From: a bacterium
GTDB taxonomy: Bacteria > UBP7 > UBA6624
Assembly (NCBI GenBank): GCA_002716355.1
Contig: PBAU01000009.1
Coordinates: 1 to 32,000, forward strand
DNA length: 32,000 nt
Direction of reading: 5' to 3'
The position numbers were made by a program, and so were the translations under genes. Shown piece by piece: positions 1 through 8,811 of this stretch (positions are counted from its first letter, which is position 1; every line of letters starts with the position of its first letter). The notes below the pieces were generated by a model that worked only from the letters and a program-made list of their open reading frames with translations, did not search any database and was not told the DNA's origin.

Positions 1-105
1 CTTCCTTTGGTTTTTCAGCCTTGGCTTCTTCCTTTGGTTTTTCAGCCTTGGCTTCTTCCTTTGGTTTTTCAGCCTTGGCTTTTTCCTTTGGTTTTTCTTC
101 AGCTA
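1..105. repeat. 27-bp in-frame tandem repeat of about 3.5 units, encoding the AKAEKPKEE repeats of the S6 tail
   Basis: The unit 'cttcttcctttggtttttcagccttgg' repeats at 25-51 and 52-78. There is a truncated copy at 1-24 and a degenerate copy at about 79-105. The period is a multiple of 3 and reads K/E/A/P on the minus strand. Confidence 0.9.
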
Positions 106-433
106 CAGGTGATTTGTAGTTTGTGTTTTTAAAGAATCTGTATCTCAGTATACCTTCACTATCTTTGAGAAAGGTCTCAATCTCTCTTTTCGTTTTTTGT
201 TTAATGTTAATTACAAAAAAAGTGTAATCACCATCTCTGAACTTGTTAATAGTGTATGCCATTCTCCTGATACCCCAAGGATCTTTTGTTGTGATTTTAT
301 CCTTATTTTCTTTGATTATTTTTTCTATATCTTTAATCAAATTTTTATTTGCATCACTGTTTTCAGGACTTAAAATCAGTGCTAATTCATAAGAACGTAC
401 TTCGACACTACGTTCCGGAAATTTATAAGACAT
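1..433 (-). CDS. rpsF: 30S ribosomal protein S6. The C-terminus runs off the window start, and the protein carries a repetitive Lys/Glu/Ala/Pro tail.
   Basis: This gene is not in the ORF track because no stop codon lies in the window. My own translation from ATG at 433-431 gives 'MSYKFPERSVEVRSYELALILSPE...KDPWGIRRMAYTINKFRDGDYTFFVINIKQ...', which is S6-like (WG.R.LAY.I, G.Y). An AAGGAGG Shine-Dalgarno lies at 446-440, 6 nt upstream. The frame stays open to position 2. Confidence 0.85.
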   Translation of the reverse strand, partial: MSYKFPERSVEVRSYELALILSPENSDANKNLIKDIEKIIKENKDKITTKDPWGIRRMAYTINKFRDGDYTFFVINIKQKTKREIETFLKDSEGILRYRFFKNTNYKSPVAEEKPKEKAKAEKPKEEAKAEKPKEEAKAEKPKE

Positions 434-498
434 TTTTATCCTCCTTATGGTCTAATGATCTGCAATTGCAGACAAAAAGGTTCAGCTATTATATATTA

Positions 499-1143
499 TT
501 AATCTAATATTTGATTGATAATTATTGCTGCCGCTGACGAGACACTCAAGCTTTCTATGTTTTTTGTTTTAATTGTGACTTTTTTACTTTCTTTTAGCCA
601 TCTTTCGGGAATACCTTTAGATTCATGTCCAAAAACAAATGCATTTTTTGATTTTTTTATTTTTATTGTCTTTATATTTGCTCCATTGTGGGCTACTGCT
701 GTAAGAATTTCATGATCACAAAGCATTTCAAGATTTTTATCATTTATTCTGCAGTAATTAATTCCAAATGAAGATCCAGCTGAAGATCTAAGAACAAGCA
801 GATTATATGGATCAGGTGCTTCTTTTACAAAAATGAAATCATTAATGTCGTGACCACGGCTTGTTCTTATTATCGATCCAATATTTGTAGGATCTTGAGA
901 AAACAATATAACTATATTTTTTTTATAAGATATTTTTTTTCTTGCTGGATAGCTTCCTATTCCTATTATTGGTTCTAGCCTTGGAAGAAGCATGTGTTTT
1001 TTTATTATTTCTTTTTCTGACACGAAGATTTTTTCTTGATGTTTTTTATTAATTTTTTCAAAATACTCTTCAGTTGTCAGTATGTTTGGTTTCCAACCTC
1101 TATTAATTGCAGCATCTAACAATCTTAAACCTTCAGTTCTCAC
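499..1143 (-). CDS. SpoU/TrmH-family RNA 2'-O-methyltransferase
   Basis: 214-aa ORF with a GTG start. SpoU-type motifs are present: 'DPTNIGSIIRTSRG', 'FVFGHESKGIPERW' and 'ESLSVSSAAAIIINQI'. Confidence 0.75.
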   Translation of the reverse strand: MRTEGLRLLDAAINRGWKPNILTTEEYFEKINKKHQEKIFVSEKEIIKKHMLLPRLEPIIGIGSYPARKKISYKKNIVILFSQDPTNIGSIIRTSRGHDINDFIFVKEAPDPYNLLVLRSSAGSSFGINYCRINDKNLEMLCDHEILTAVAHNGANIKTIKIKKSKNAFVFGHESKGIPERWLKESKKVTIKTKNIESLSVSSAAAIIINQILD

Positions 1144-1236
1144 TATGTATTCTTTTTTTCTTTTCTGTTCATTTTTAAACGGTCTGAACGTTTTTAAAAA
1201 AGGATTTTTGATTGATGTAATTTTGTTTTTCAGTTG

Positions 1237-1542
1237 TTAGATTTCCAATTGTTTTTTTCTTTTTTCAATTAATAATTCAATTCTTTTTACTGTTGATTTT
1301 TTTATTTTTTTAGCAATAGACAAACTATTTCCATCTAGTTTTTCAGCAAGTGTTATATTGCCATCTTTTAATGCATAGAGAGCTGCAATTTTTTTAAATC
1401 TAGACGCATATTCCTGTGTGATGAAAGGTGCTATTTGAATTAAAATTTTCTTCATTTGGTATGTATCAGAGTCTATATTTTTCTCCAATACATCCAGGCA
1501 TTTTTTTATTTCATTGTTAAACTTTTCTATTTTCGACATCAA
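1237..1542 (-). CDS. Hypothetical Lys-rich 101-aa protein immediately downstream of dnaK
   Basis: The ORF starts 6 nt after the dnaK stop. I recognised no family motif, and there is no J-domain HPD motif. Confidence 0.45.
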   Translation of the reverse strand: MMSKIEKFNNEIKKCLDVLEKNIDSDTYQMKKILIQIAPFITQEYASRFKKIAALYALKDGNITLAEKLDGNSLSIAKKIKKSTVKRIELLIEKRKKQLEI

Positions 1543-1547
1543 GAATA

Positions 1548-3320
1548 TTATTCTTCTTTCTTTTCTTCTTCCTGCTCGTCCTCTACAGACATTACAGTTA
1601 TTTCAGCATCTGATAATATTATTTGAAGATGTTCAATTTCACTTTTGATTTTATCCTCATCATGATCCATTGCCCTTTGCAGATTCGCTATTGCCGTTCT
1701 TAATGAGGTTTTCATTTCCTTTCCAATGAATTTTTTTCTGTCTCTTATGAATGCTTCTGCTTCATATATCAAAGCATTTGCTTCTGAAGTTTCACCTATT
1801 TCATTTTCTTTTTGAGATGTTCTAACGCCTATTTCTAACTGAGACTCTCTGACCTCTTCTGGACTTAATCTTTTTTGACTTGTTTTAAATGAAACTGATT
1901 TTGCTTTTTTGGAAGCTCTGTCTTTTGCTGTTACTTTGACGATTCCATTAATGTCATAATCGAATAAAACATCAACAAGTGCTTTTCCTGCATCTTGGGA
2001 ATCTATTCCAGAAAAAACAAAGTCTCCAAGTTTCGGGTTCTTGGAGGCAACTTCTTGTTCACCTTGAAAGATTGTTATCTGAGCTTCTGTTTGCATGTCT
2101 TGTGTCGTAACATAAGGTTTCTTTTTTGAGCAAGGTATAGCTGTGTTCCTGGGTATAACGACTGAAAATTTACCATCTTTAACTTCGATTCCAAGTGAAT
2201 GCGGGGCAACATCGACTATCACCATTTCTTCCAATTTGCCTCTTTTAACACCAGCTTGAATTGCAGCACCTAAAGCAACTGATTGCTCTGGATCAACTTT
2301 GTGATCCAGTGTGCTTCCTACAAGATCTTCTACAAATTGTTTTACTTTAGGAATCCTTGTGGTTCCGCCAACAAGAAGAATGGAATCTAGGTCTTTGTAG
2401 CTTAGCTTGGCATCTTTCATAGATTGCTCTAAGGGTTTTTTGGTTCTTTGGACCAATGGTTCGATAATATCTTCTAGCTGATTTCTGGTAAGTGTTGCCT
2501 TAAGGTGTTTGGGTTCTTCTGATTCAGTGTATATAAAAGGAAGATTTATTGTCGTTTCAAGATGTTCTGAAAGGTCTTTTTTTGCATTTTCAGCGGCATC
2601 TTTCAATCTTTGCTGAATTACTCTTTTTTGAATTTCGTCAATTTCTTTTCCTTCCAGGTCAACTTTTTCATTTTTTTGGAAATTTTCTTTTAGCCAGTCA
2701 GCAATCGCCCAATCCATATCGTCTCCACCAAGCTGAACATCACCATTTGTAGCAAGAACTCTAAAGGCACCTTCTCTAGACTTTATTATCGAGACATCGA
2801 AAGTTCCACCTCCAAAGTCGTAAACCATGATGGTATCTTTAGATTCCATGTTTAAGCCGTAAGCAAGAGCGGCAGCAGTTGGCTCGTTAAGTATTCTTTC
2901 AACAACAAATCCAGCTATCTCACCAGCATCTTTAACGGCTTGTCTTTGAGCATCACTAAAGTAAGCAGGTACAGTTATGACTGCCTCTTCAACAATTTCA
3001 CCAAGATGCTCTTCGGCATCTAGTTTCAATCTTTTGATTATTGCTCCAGCTATTTCTTGAGGTGTGAATTGTTCTTTTCCTAAAGTTATAGTTTTATCTT
3101 CACCAAGTATTCTTTTTATAGAAGCTACTGTTCTGTCGGGAAATGCTATCGATTGGTTTTTGGCAGCTTCACCAACTAGCAAATCACCAGTTTCAGACAT
3201 TCCAACAACACTTGGTGTTAAAAGAGAATCTCTTGCGTTAGGGATTAGCTTTGGGGTGTCTTTATCCATATAGCCAATCAAACTATTTGTTGTTCCAAAA
3301 TCAATACCTAATATATTCAT
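1548..3320 (-). CDS. dnaK: Hsp70-family molecular chaperone (DnaK-like, 590 aa)
   Basis: Hsp70 signatures are present: 'GIDFGTTNS', 'ITVPAYFSDAQRQAVKDAGEIAG', 'ILNEPTAAALAYGL', 'VYDFGGGTFDVSII', 'LLVGGTTRIPKV', 'DPEQSVALGAAIQAG' and 'VDVAPHSLGIEV'. An AGGAGAA RBS lies upstream, and grpE is directly upstream. Confidence 0.9.
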   Translation of the reverse strand: MNILGIDFGTTNSLIGYMDKDTPKLIPNARDSLLTPSVVGMSETGDLLVGEAAKNQSIAFPDRTVASIKRILGEDKTITLGKEQFTPQEIAGAIIKRLKLDAEEHLGEIVEEAVITVPAYFSDAQRQAVKDAGEIAGFVVERILNEPTAAALAYGLNMESKDTIMVYDFGGGTFDVSIIKSREGAFRVLATNGDVQLGGDDMDWAIADWLKENFQKNEKVDLEGKEIDEIQKRVIQQRLKDAAENAKKDLSEHLETTINLPFIYTESEEPKHLKATLTRNQLEDIIEPLVQRTKKPLEQSMKDAKLSYKDLDSILLVGGTTRIPKVKQFVEDLVGSTLDHKVDPEQSVALGAAIQAGVKRGKLEEMVIVDVAPHSLGIEVKDGKFSVVIPRNTAIPCSKKKPYVTTQDMQTEAQITIFQGEQEVASKNPKLGDFVFSGIDSQDAGKALVDVLFDYDINGIVKVTAKDRASKKAKSVSFKTSQKRLSPEEVRESQLEIGVRTSQKENEIGETSEANALIYEAEAFIRDRKKFIGKEMKTSLRTAIANLQRAMDHDEDKIKSEIEHLQIILSDAEITVMSVEDEQEEEKKEE

Positions 3321-3430
3321 AATAATTCTCCTATTCTTCTATTATAGATTTTCGATTATGAAACAAGGCTATTTGTTTTGTTTAAAAATGCCTGTTTTTT
3401 GATTGTTTTTAGAGGATTTTTAAATAAATC

Positions 3431-4012
3431 TTAATTTTTTCCTATTGAAACTTCCGAAGCTCTTATTACTTTGCCTTCGTATTCCCAGCCTGATTGATAT
3501 ACTTGAATAATTTTTCCTTTAGGTCCATCTGCAGTTCCTAAAGCTATATGTTTATTTGGATCAAAAAGATCACCAGGCTTTGGAGTTATTGATGAAAATC
3601 CAAGTTTGGCTAGCTGTTTTTCAAATAATTTTGTCACATCTTCTATACCGGATAGAACTTCCTTATTTTTTTCTGTTTTTTTAAGGTAATCTTCAGCCCT
3701 TTGTAATGCATCTACTACAACAAGCATAGGTTTTACAGAATCTCTTTTTACTTTTTTCTTTTCAATTTCTTCAAGCTCACCTTTCCAAGAGTTTAAAAAT
3801 GATTTAAATTCATGAACTTTTTCTGATAGGTGGGAAACTCCTTTTGCACCTTCGAATGCTTCAAATCTTGTAATTTCATCTTTGATTTTATTGAGCGACA
3901 TGCGTAAATCGTTTATCTCTTGCATTAAGGGCTCAACAACAACTCCAATGTTTAATGGGTTTTCTTCAACATCTTGCCATCCTTTTAGGTGAACTTCTTG
4001 GTTTTGGCTCAT
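3431..4012 (-). CDS. grpE: Nucleotide exchange factor GrpE
   Basis: The C-terminal GrpE pattern is present: 'VVVDALQRAEDYL', 'FEKQLAKLGFSSITPKPGDLFDPNKHIALG' and 'GWEYEGKVIRASEVSIGK'. The ORF track starts at TTG 4021; I think the ATG at 4012 ('MSQNQ') is more likely. Confidence 0.85.
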   Translation of the reverse strand: MSQNQEVHLKGWQDVEENPLNIGVVVEPLMQEINDLRMSLNKIKDEITRFEAFEGAKGVSHLSEKVHEFKSFLNSWKGELEEIEKKKVKRDSVKPMLVVVDALQRAEDYLKKTEKNKEVLSGIEDVTKLFEKQLAKLGFSSITPKPGDLFDPNKHIALGTADGPKGKIIQVYQSGWEYEGKVIRASEVSIGKN

Positions 4013-4064
4013 TAGAATCAATTGTAATCAACTAAATTCAATTTCAAGTGTAATATTAATAAAA

Positions 4065-4646
4065 ATGTCAAAACTGATTGTTGTTACCGGCCCTTCAGGA
4101 GTAGGCAAAACAACATTAGGTAAATTTTTAATTCAAAATCTTAAATTAAAAAAAATCATTACGTGTACTACTCGAAAAATGAGAATGAGTGAGAAAAATG
4201 GTGTTGATTATGTTTTTTTCTCAAGATTGGAATTTAATAAATTAATAAAAGAGGATAAGTTTGCCGAATATGCAAACGTTTACGGAAACCTCTATGGAAT
4301 ATTAAAAAATGATATTTATGGATCTTTAAAAACATCTCATTCTTTGGTTATTGTTGATGTGCAAGGTGCAGAAAATATTAAAAAGATGATAAAAAAAGAT
4401 CTTTTTGTTGTATTTTTATTGCCTCCATCAAAACGAGAAATATCCGAGAGGATATCGAAAAGGAATCAAGATTCAAATGCAAGCCATAAGAAACGAATCG
4501 ATTTTCTGGAAAAAGAAATCTTATGGTCTTCTAATGCAGACATTGAAGTCATCAATGATGATTTAGAGAAATGCAAAAAGGAATTAGGGAAAGCGGTTAA
4601 TTCATTCTTGAATTCAAGTGAGTCACAAAAACAAGAAGCTTCGTAG
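4065..4646 (+). CDS. gmk: Guanylate kinase
   Basis: P-loop 'GPSGVGKTTL', plus 'TTRKMRMSEKNGVDYVFFSRLEF' and 'FAEYANVYGNLYG'. Confidence 0.9.
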   Translation: MSKLIVVTGPSGVGKTTLGKFLIQNLKLKKIITCTTRKMRMSEKNGVDYVFFSRLEFNKLIKEDKFAEYANVYGNLYGILKNDIYGSLKTSHSLVIVDVQGAENIKKMIKKDLFVVFLLPPSKREISERISKRNQDSNASHKKRIDFLEKEILWSSNADIEVINDDLEKCKKELGKAVNSFLNSSESQKQEAS

Positions 4647-4650
4647 TAGA

Positions 4651-4989
4651 ATGGATAACCTTATGAGCGAAGAGAAACCAAGATATGAAGACATTATTGG
4701 TAGTGATAATATGAAAGGTATTGTTGCTATTGAAGACTTATTAAAAATTTATCCAAATCGTTATGTAGTAACTGAGATTGTTGCAAAAAGAGCTAATGAT
4801 CTTGAGTCAAGGCTTGATTTGCCAAGAGTAGATTTAGGTGACAGGGAATTGCAGGAGGTTGGATATGTTCAAGTTGCAATTGCTGAATTTTTATCTGGTC
4901 AAATTAAACCAAAAATACCTGATGAAGCTTTTGTTCCTAGGAATCAATTCCCTGAAGATTACGAAAAAATTCCTTCAAACGAAATTTAA
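4651..4989 (+). CDS. rpoZ: DNA-directed RNA polymerase subunit omega
   Basis: 'NRYVVTEIVAKRANDL' matches the omega core. I placed the start at ATG 4651, just after the gmk stop (TAG 4644-4646), rather than at the track's 4618, which overlaps gmk. Confidence 0.8.
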   Translation: MDNLMSEEKPRYEDIIGSDNMKGIVAIEDLLKIYPNRYVVTEIVAKRANDLESRLDLPRVDLGDRELQEVGYVQVAIAEFLSGQIKPKIPDEAFVPRNQFPEDYEKIPSNEI

Positions 4990-5001
4990 CTTTTTTTATA
5001 T

Positions 5002-6147
5002 ATGAAGGTCTTGATTGGCGTTACTGGTAGTATAGCATCGTACAGAACTCCTGAATTACTAAAACGTCTTATAGCTATGGACATTGATGTTGAGGTTGTT
5101 TTAACCAGAGGTGCAGAAAAATTCATTGGAGCAGCATCTTTTGAGGGTTTGATTGGCAAGAAAGTGCATTCAAGTCTTTGGGAAGATCCTATGGCGCATA
5201 TACATCTTGAAAGATCTTGTGATTTGGTTATTGTTTGCCCTGCGACTGCTCATTTAATTTCGAAATTGAATTCAGGATTAGCTGATGATCTTCTTACAAG
5301 TATTTTGCTAGCAAAAACAAACAATGTCCTCCTTGTTCCTGCGATGAATACAAATATGTGGAAAAATTCATTGATAATTAAAAATGTTCAAGATTTAGAA
5401 AAAAAAGGTTTTTCATTTTTGAATCCTGACAAAGGCCTTTTGGCTTGTGGTGAATACGGAGTTGGAAGATTGCCTCAAATTGATATGATTTTTTATGAAA
5501 TTCTTTTTCATTTGGAAAAAAAATCTTTTAAAAATAAAAAAGTTTTGGTTACTGCTGGGCCTACACGAGAATTTATTGACGATGTTAGGTTTTTGTCAAA
5601 TCCTTCAAGTGGAAAAATGGGATTTTCACTTGCCTTGAACGCTTGGATAAAAGGAGCTGAGGTAACTTTAGTTGCTGGCCCTGGTACCCCTGATTCGCCA
5701 GATGGTATTCATAGAATTGATGTTGAATCTGCAGAAGAGATGAAAAATGCAATTGATGATGTATATGATTATGGTTTTTTCACTGCAGCTGTAACAGATT
5801 TTTCTTTAGGTGTTAGGAGGAAAGGGAAACCGTCAAAAGAGGATTGGCTTAAAGGCGGAATTGCATTAGAGAAAAATCCTGACGTTCTTTATAGCAATAT
5901 AGCTAAATTTAATAAAATAATTGGTTTTTCGGTTTATTCTCAAGGTACTTCTTTGGATGCTGCAAAAAAGGTTTTCAAAAAAGGAGCTGATTATGTTGTT
6001 ACAAACAATGTTGCAAATTGCTTCGGCCATAATGATACGGATGTTGAGCTTTTTGATAATGAATTAAACTCGACAGAATTTAAGGAAATGGATAAAATAT
6101 CTTTAGGCAGAAAAATATTAGATATTATTGGAGATGAAAATGATTAA
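5002..6147 (+). CDS. coaBC: Bifunctional phosphopantothenoylcysteine decarboxylase / phosphopantothenate-cysteine ligase
   Basis: N-terminal flavoprotein motifs 'LIGVTGSIASYRTPELLKRL' and 'VPAMNTNMW'. C-terminal CoaB motif 'VLVTAGPTREFIDDVRFLSNPSSGKMG'. Confidence 0.9.
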   Translation: MKVLIGVTGSIASYRTPELLKRLIAMDIDVEVVLTRGAEKFIGAASFEGLIGKKVHSSLWEDPMAHIHLERSCDLVIVCPATAHLISKLNSGLADDLLTSILLAKTNNVLLVPAMNTNMWKNSLIIKNVQDLEKKGFSFLNPDKGLLACGEYGVGRLPQIDMIFYEILFHLEKKSFKNKKVLVTAGPTREFIDDVRFLSNPSSGKMGFSLALNAWIKGAEVTLVAGPGTPDSPDGIHRIDVESAEEMKNAIDDVYDYGFFTAAVTDFSLGVRRKGKPSKEDWLKGGIALEKNPDVLYSNIAKFNKIIGFSVYSQGTSLDAAKKVFKKGADYVVTNNVANCFGHNDTDVELFDNELNSTEFKEMDKISLGRKILDIIGDEND

Positions 6148-7171
6148 AAAAATTATATTATTGTTATTTGTTTTTTCTAATTGTTTTGTTCTTTTTTCTC
6201 AGGAAGAAGGCAAGGTAATCGGGAACATAGGGAAGGGAGAAAGCAAGAGACCTATATATTTTGAAGATTTAAGTTTTAACATTTACACGGAGTCACAGTT
6301 GTACTACCAGCAGGGAAGATCTCCATTAACTGGTAGCCTTTTAGACGTTATAACTTGGAAGGTTTTTGAGATTGAATATCAATCTCGCAATTTTGAATTT
6401 GAAAGTATTGATATTGAGCTTGATAATTATTTATTTGGTGATCAAGAGAGAGCAAAAGCTTTTAGCTATTACTCTGAAGTTTTTGGATCCAAGATCGTTA
6501 AGGATGTTACAAGATCTAAATTAATAACTAGAAAAATGCAAGAGATTCTTCGCTCCGAGCTCTTGGAGATTAATGATAAGAATCCTACAGAACAGGATTT
6601 ATTAGATTTTTATGTGCAATATCAAAAGGATGCATTTACGGTTCCTACATCTTATCGTTTGGGGATGATTGAACTTCAAGATCCTTCAGAGTCTAAAGAG
6701 GTGGAAGAAAAACTTTTAAATGGTGAGTCTTTTGAGGATATTGCTTCTGCTCATTCTGAACATTTTGATTCTGCTAGAAATGGTGGGAATTTAGGTCAAG
6801 ATATGACAGAGGCATCAATTATGTCACAGTTAAGTTTTGCTGCAGATCAAATATTAGAAGCCGAAGAGGGTTCTTGGGTTGGTCCTATTTCTGTATCTGC
6901 ATCACTGGGACAGGATTTTTTTTATTTTTTTAAAATTCTTAAAGTGGAACAGGGTTACGAACAATCTTTTGAAGATGTAAGAGAGACAATACTTGCTGAA
7001 TTGACGTATGTAGAAGCAGAACCTCTTTTGATGGAATGGGTTATAGAAAAATTGCTTTTTCATGGTGTTGAATTTGAATATGCCCTTTATGAAGAAATTT
7101 ACAAAGAAGCCTTGCCTCAAGCTACATCTGAATTAGAGCTAGCTGAAATGTTAAATCCTGAAGGTGAATAG
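6140..7171 (+). CDS. Secreted parvulin-type (PpiC/SurA/PrsA-like) peptidyl-prolyl isomerase, tentative
   Basis: Signal-like N-terminus 'MIKKIILLLFVFSNCFVLFS'. A parvulin-like block is present: 'FEDIASAHSEHFDSARNGGNLGQ...GSWVGPISV...FYFFKILKVE'. GGAG at 6130-6133 lies 6 nt before ATG 6140; the track start is TTG 6128. Confidence 0.55.
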   Translation: MIKKIILLLFVFSNCFVLFSQEEGKVIGNIGKGESKRPIYFEDLSFNIYTESQLYYQQGRSPLTGSLLDVITWKVFEIEYQSRNFEFESIDIELDNYLFGDQERAKAFSYYSEVFGSKIVKDVTRSKLITRKMQEILRSELLEINDKNPTEQDLLDFYVQYQKDAFTVPTSYRLGMIELQDPSESKEVEEKLLNGESFEDIASAHSEHFDSARNGGNLGQDMTEASIMSQLSFAADQILEAEEGSWVGPISVSASLGQDFFYFFKILKVEQGYEQSFEDVRETILAELTYVEAEPLLMEWVIEKLLFHGVEFEYALYEEIYKEALPQATSELELAEMLNPEGE

Positions 7172-7257
7172 CTGTAACAAGATATTACAAAGTATTTATT
7201 ACCTCAGATTTTTTTAGTCTGAAGTCTTGGACTTACTCTTTTGAAGGAGAGATAAAA

Positions 7258-8811
7258 GTGGGAACCTGGGTTTCAGTCGATGGTTATGGAAATTCAAAAA
7301 ATAAAAAAGAAATATGGGGTTTAGTTGTTTCTGAGACACAGCCTTTTAAGGCTTGTAAAAAAATATTGAATATTGGGCCAAGAATGAGAAAGAGCAGATA
7401 TGATTTTTTTCAAGATTGTTTAGATTGTTTCATTCCTCCTGGTCCAATTTTAAAAATTTTAATGCCTGGCAGGGCTCCAATTGAGCCCAACACTCTTAAG
7501 GCGTCACAAATTTTAAATGTTTTTCCAAATTTGAAGACTTTAAAAAGGTACGGTTTCCAGGCAACAACAAAATCAAACAAGAGCTTGAAGGCTATTGCAA
7601 ACGGCGAAAAAGTGAATGTTTTTGGGCTTGTAGATTCGATTGGTTTTCCTTTCTCGAATCTTACTAAGATTAATATTTTTGAAGAAGGGCATCCTGATTA
7701 CAGAAGTTTTTATAAAAAAAATCGATATTCATGGTTCAGAGATTCTGCAACCTTAATCAAGAGGTACCAATTTTTTTCTAATTGTGAGATTGAGTGGCAT
7801 GCTAATTTAATTGCTCCTTCAGTTGGTTGTTATTTGGAAAAATTGAAAAATTCTGACTATAGTCAATTTTTAAGTCCGGTTGTTGGGTTTGGGGATGAAG
7901 GCATTACAGGTTTCGGAAAAGAGTTAAAAGCGTTTTTTGAAAAAGGTCAAAAAATTTGTATATTATTGCCTTCAAAAGGTACAGGTAGCCTTTTTTGTAA
8001 ATCTTGTAAGAAGAATATTAGATGTCAGATTTGTGACAAGGTGCTAGTTTTATCTAAGAATGAATTAAAGTGTATTCAATGTAATCAAGAATGGCCGAAA
8101 GTTAAAAAATGTAATGAATGTAATTCATGGCTTATTGCTCTTAGGCAAGGAGTAGATCACTTCAAAGAGTGGTTGCTAAAAAAAGGTTTTTCTGATTTTG
8201 AGATTGAAATTGTTACTTCAAGTCAAAATGAAAAACAGTTAAAAGATTCTTTGGCTAGATTCAAAAAAGGCTTGTCAAAGGTTTTATTGACTACTAATTT
8301 TGAAATTGCAAGAGAGAGTCATGGTCAAAAAGTTTTATGGATTCCTTATTTGAAATATTTTTTTATTGATGATGATTTTCGTTCTTATGAAAATGGTTGG
8401 TGGAGAATGAATGCTTTGAATAGTTTTTCCAGCAAGAACGATATTCGTTTGTTATTTGGTTTTTCTGGTGAAAGAATTCCACCTGTAGATTGTTTTTTGC
8501 AACGTAGTTTTTCTGATTTCTACAGGCAAGAAATAGAAATAAGGAAGCAGTTCGACTATCCTCCTTTTGGCGAAATTTTAATGATTATTAGCAATCGAAA
8601 AATATCAAATTTTATTTATAAAGGTGAAAACATAGATGATATTGCAAGTGATTTGCGTTACCTAAGAGCGTTTGATGGCAAGGGTAAAGAATCTACACAT
8701 TACGCTTATGTGTTTCAAGCTGCAAAAATCAATCAAGATTTTAAAAAGTTTATAAAAAATTTTGTTTTGGAAAATGAAAATATTAGAATTTATTATGAGC
8801 AAAAATTATGA
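7258..8811 (+). CDS. priA: PriA-like primosomal protein N' (517 aa), lacking recognisable helicase ATPase motifs
   Basis: The Cys-rich region is PriA-like: 'CKSCKKNIRCQICDKVLVLSKNELKCIQCNQEWPKVKKCNECNS' (4 x CxxC). 'YPPF' lies near the C-terminus. The N-terminal 'GTWVSVDGYG...IWGLVV' resembles the 3'-DNA-binding domain. GAAGGAGAG RBS lies before the GTG start at 7258. The gene sits in the position priA-def-fmt. Confidence 0.7.
   Translation: MGTWVSVDGYGNSKNKKEIWGLVVSETQPFKACKKILNIGPRMRKSRYDFFQDCLDCFIPPGPILKILMPGRAPIEPNTLKASQILNVFPNLKTLKRYGFQATTKSNKSLKAIANGEKVNVFGLVDSIGFPFSNLTKINIFEEGHPDYRSFYKKNRYSWFRDSATLIKRYQFFSNCEIEWHANLIAPSVGCYLEKLKNSDYSQFLSPVVGFGDEGITGFGKELKAFFEKGQKICILLPSKGTGSLFCKSCKKNIRCQICDKVLVLSKNELKCIQCNQEWPKVKKCNECNSWLIALRQGVDHFKEWLLKKGFSDFEIEIVTSSQNEKQLKDSLARFKKGLSKVLLTTNFEIARESHGQKVLWIPYLKYFFIDDDFRSYENGWWRMNALNSFSSKNDIRLLFGFSGERIPPVDCFLQRSFSDFYRQEIEIRKQFDYPPFGEILMIISNRKISNFIYKGENIDDIASDLRYLRAFDGKGKESTHYAYVFQAAKINQDFKKFIKNFVLENENIRIYYEQKL

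Noticed and set aside
3321-4064. A CIRCE/HrcA operator or other heat-shock control element near grpE and dnaK
   Set aside because: Neither spacer contains an inverted repeat resembling TTAGCACTC-N9-GAGTGCTAA. I saw only AT-rich sequence with weak -10-like hexamers.
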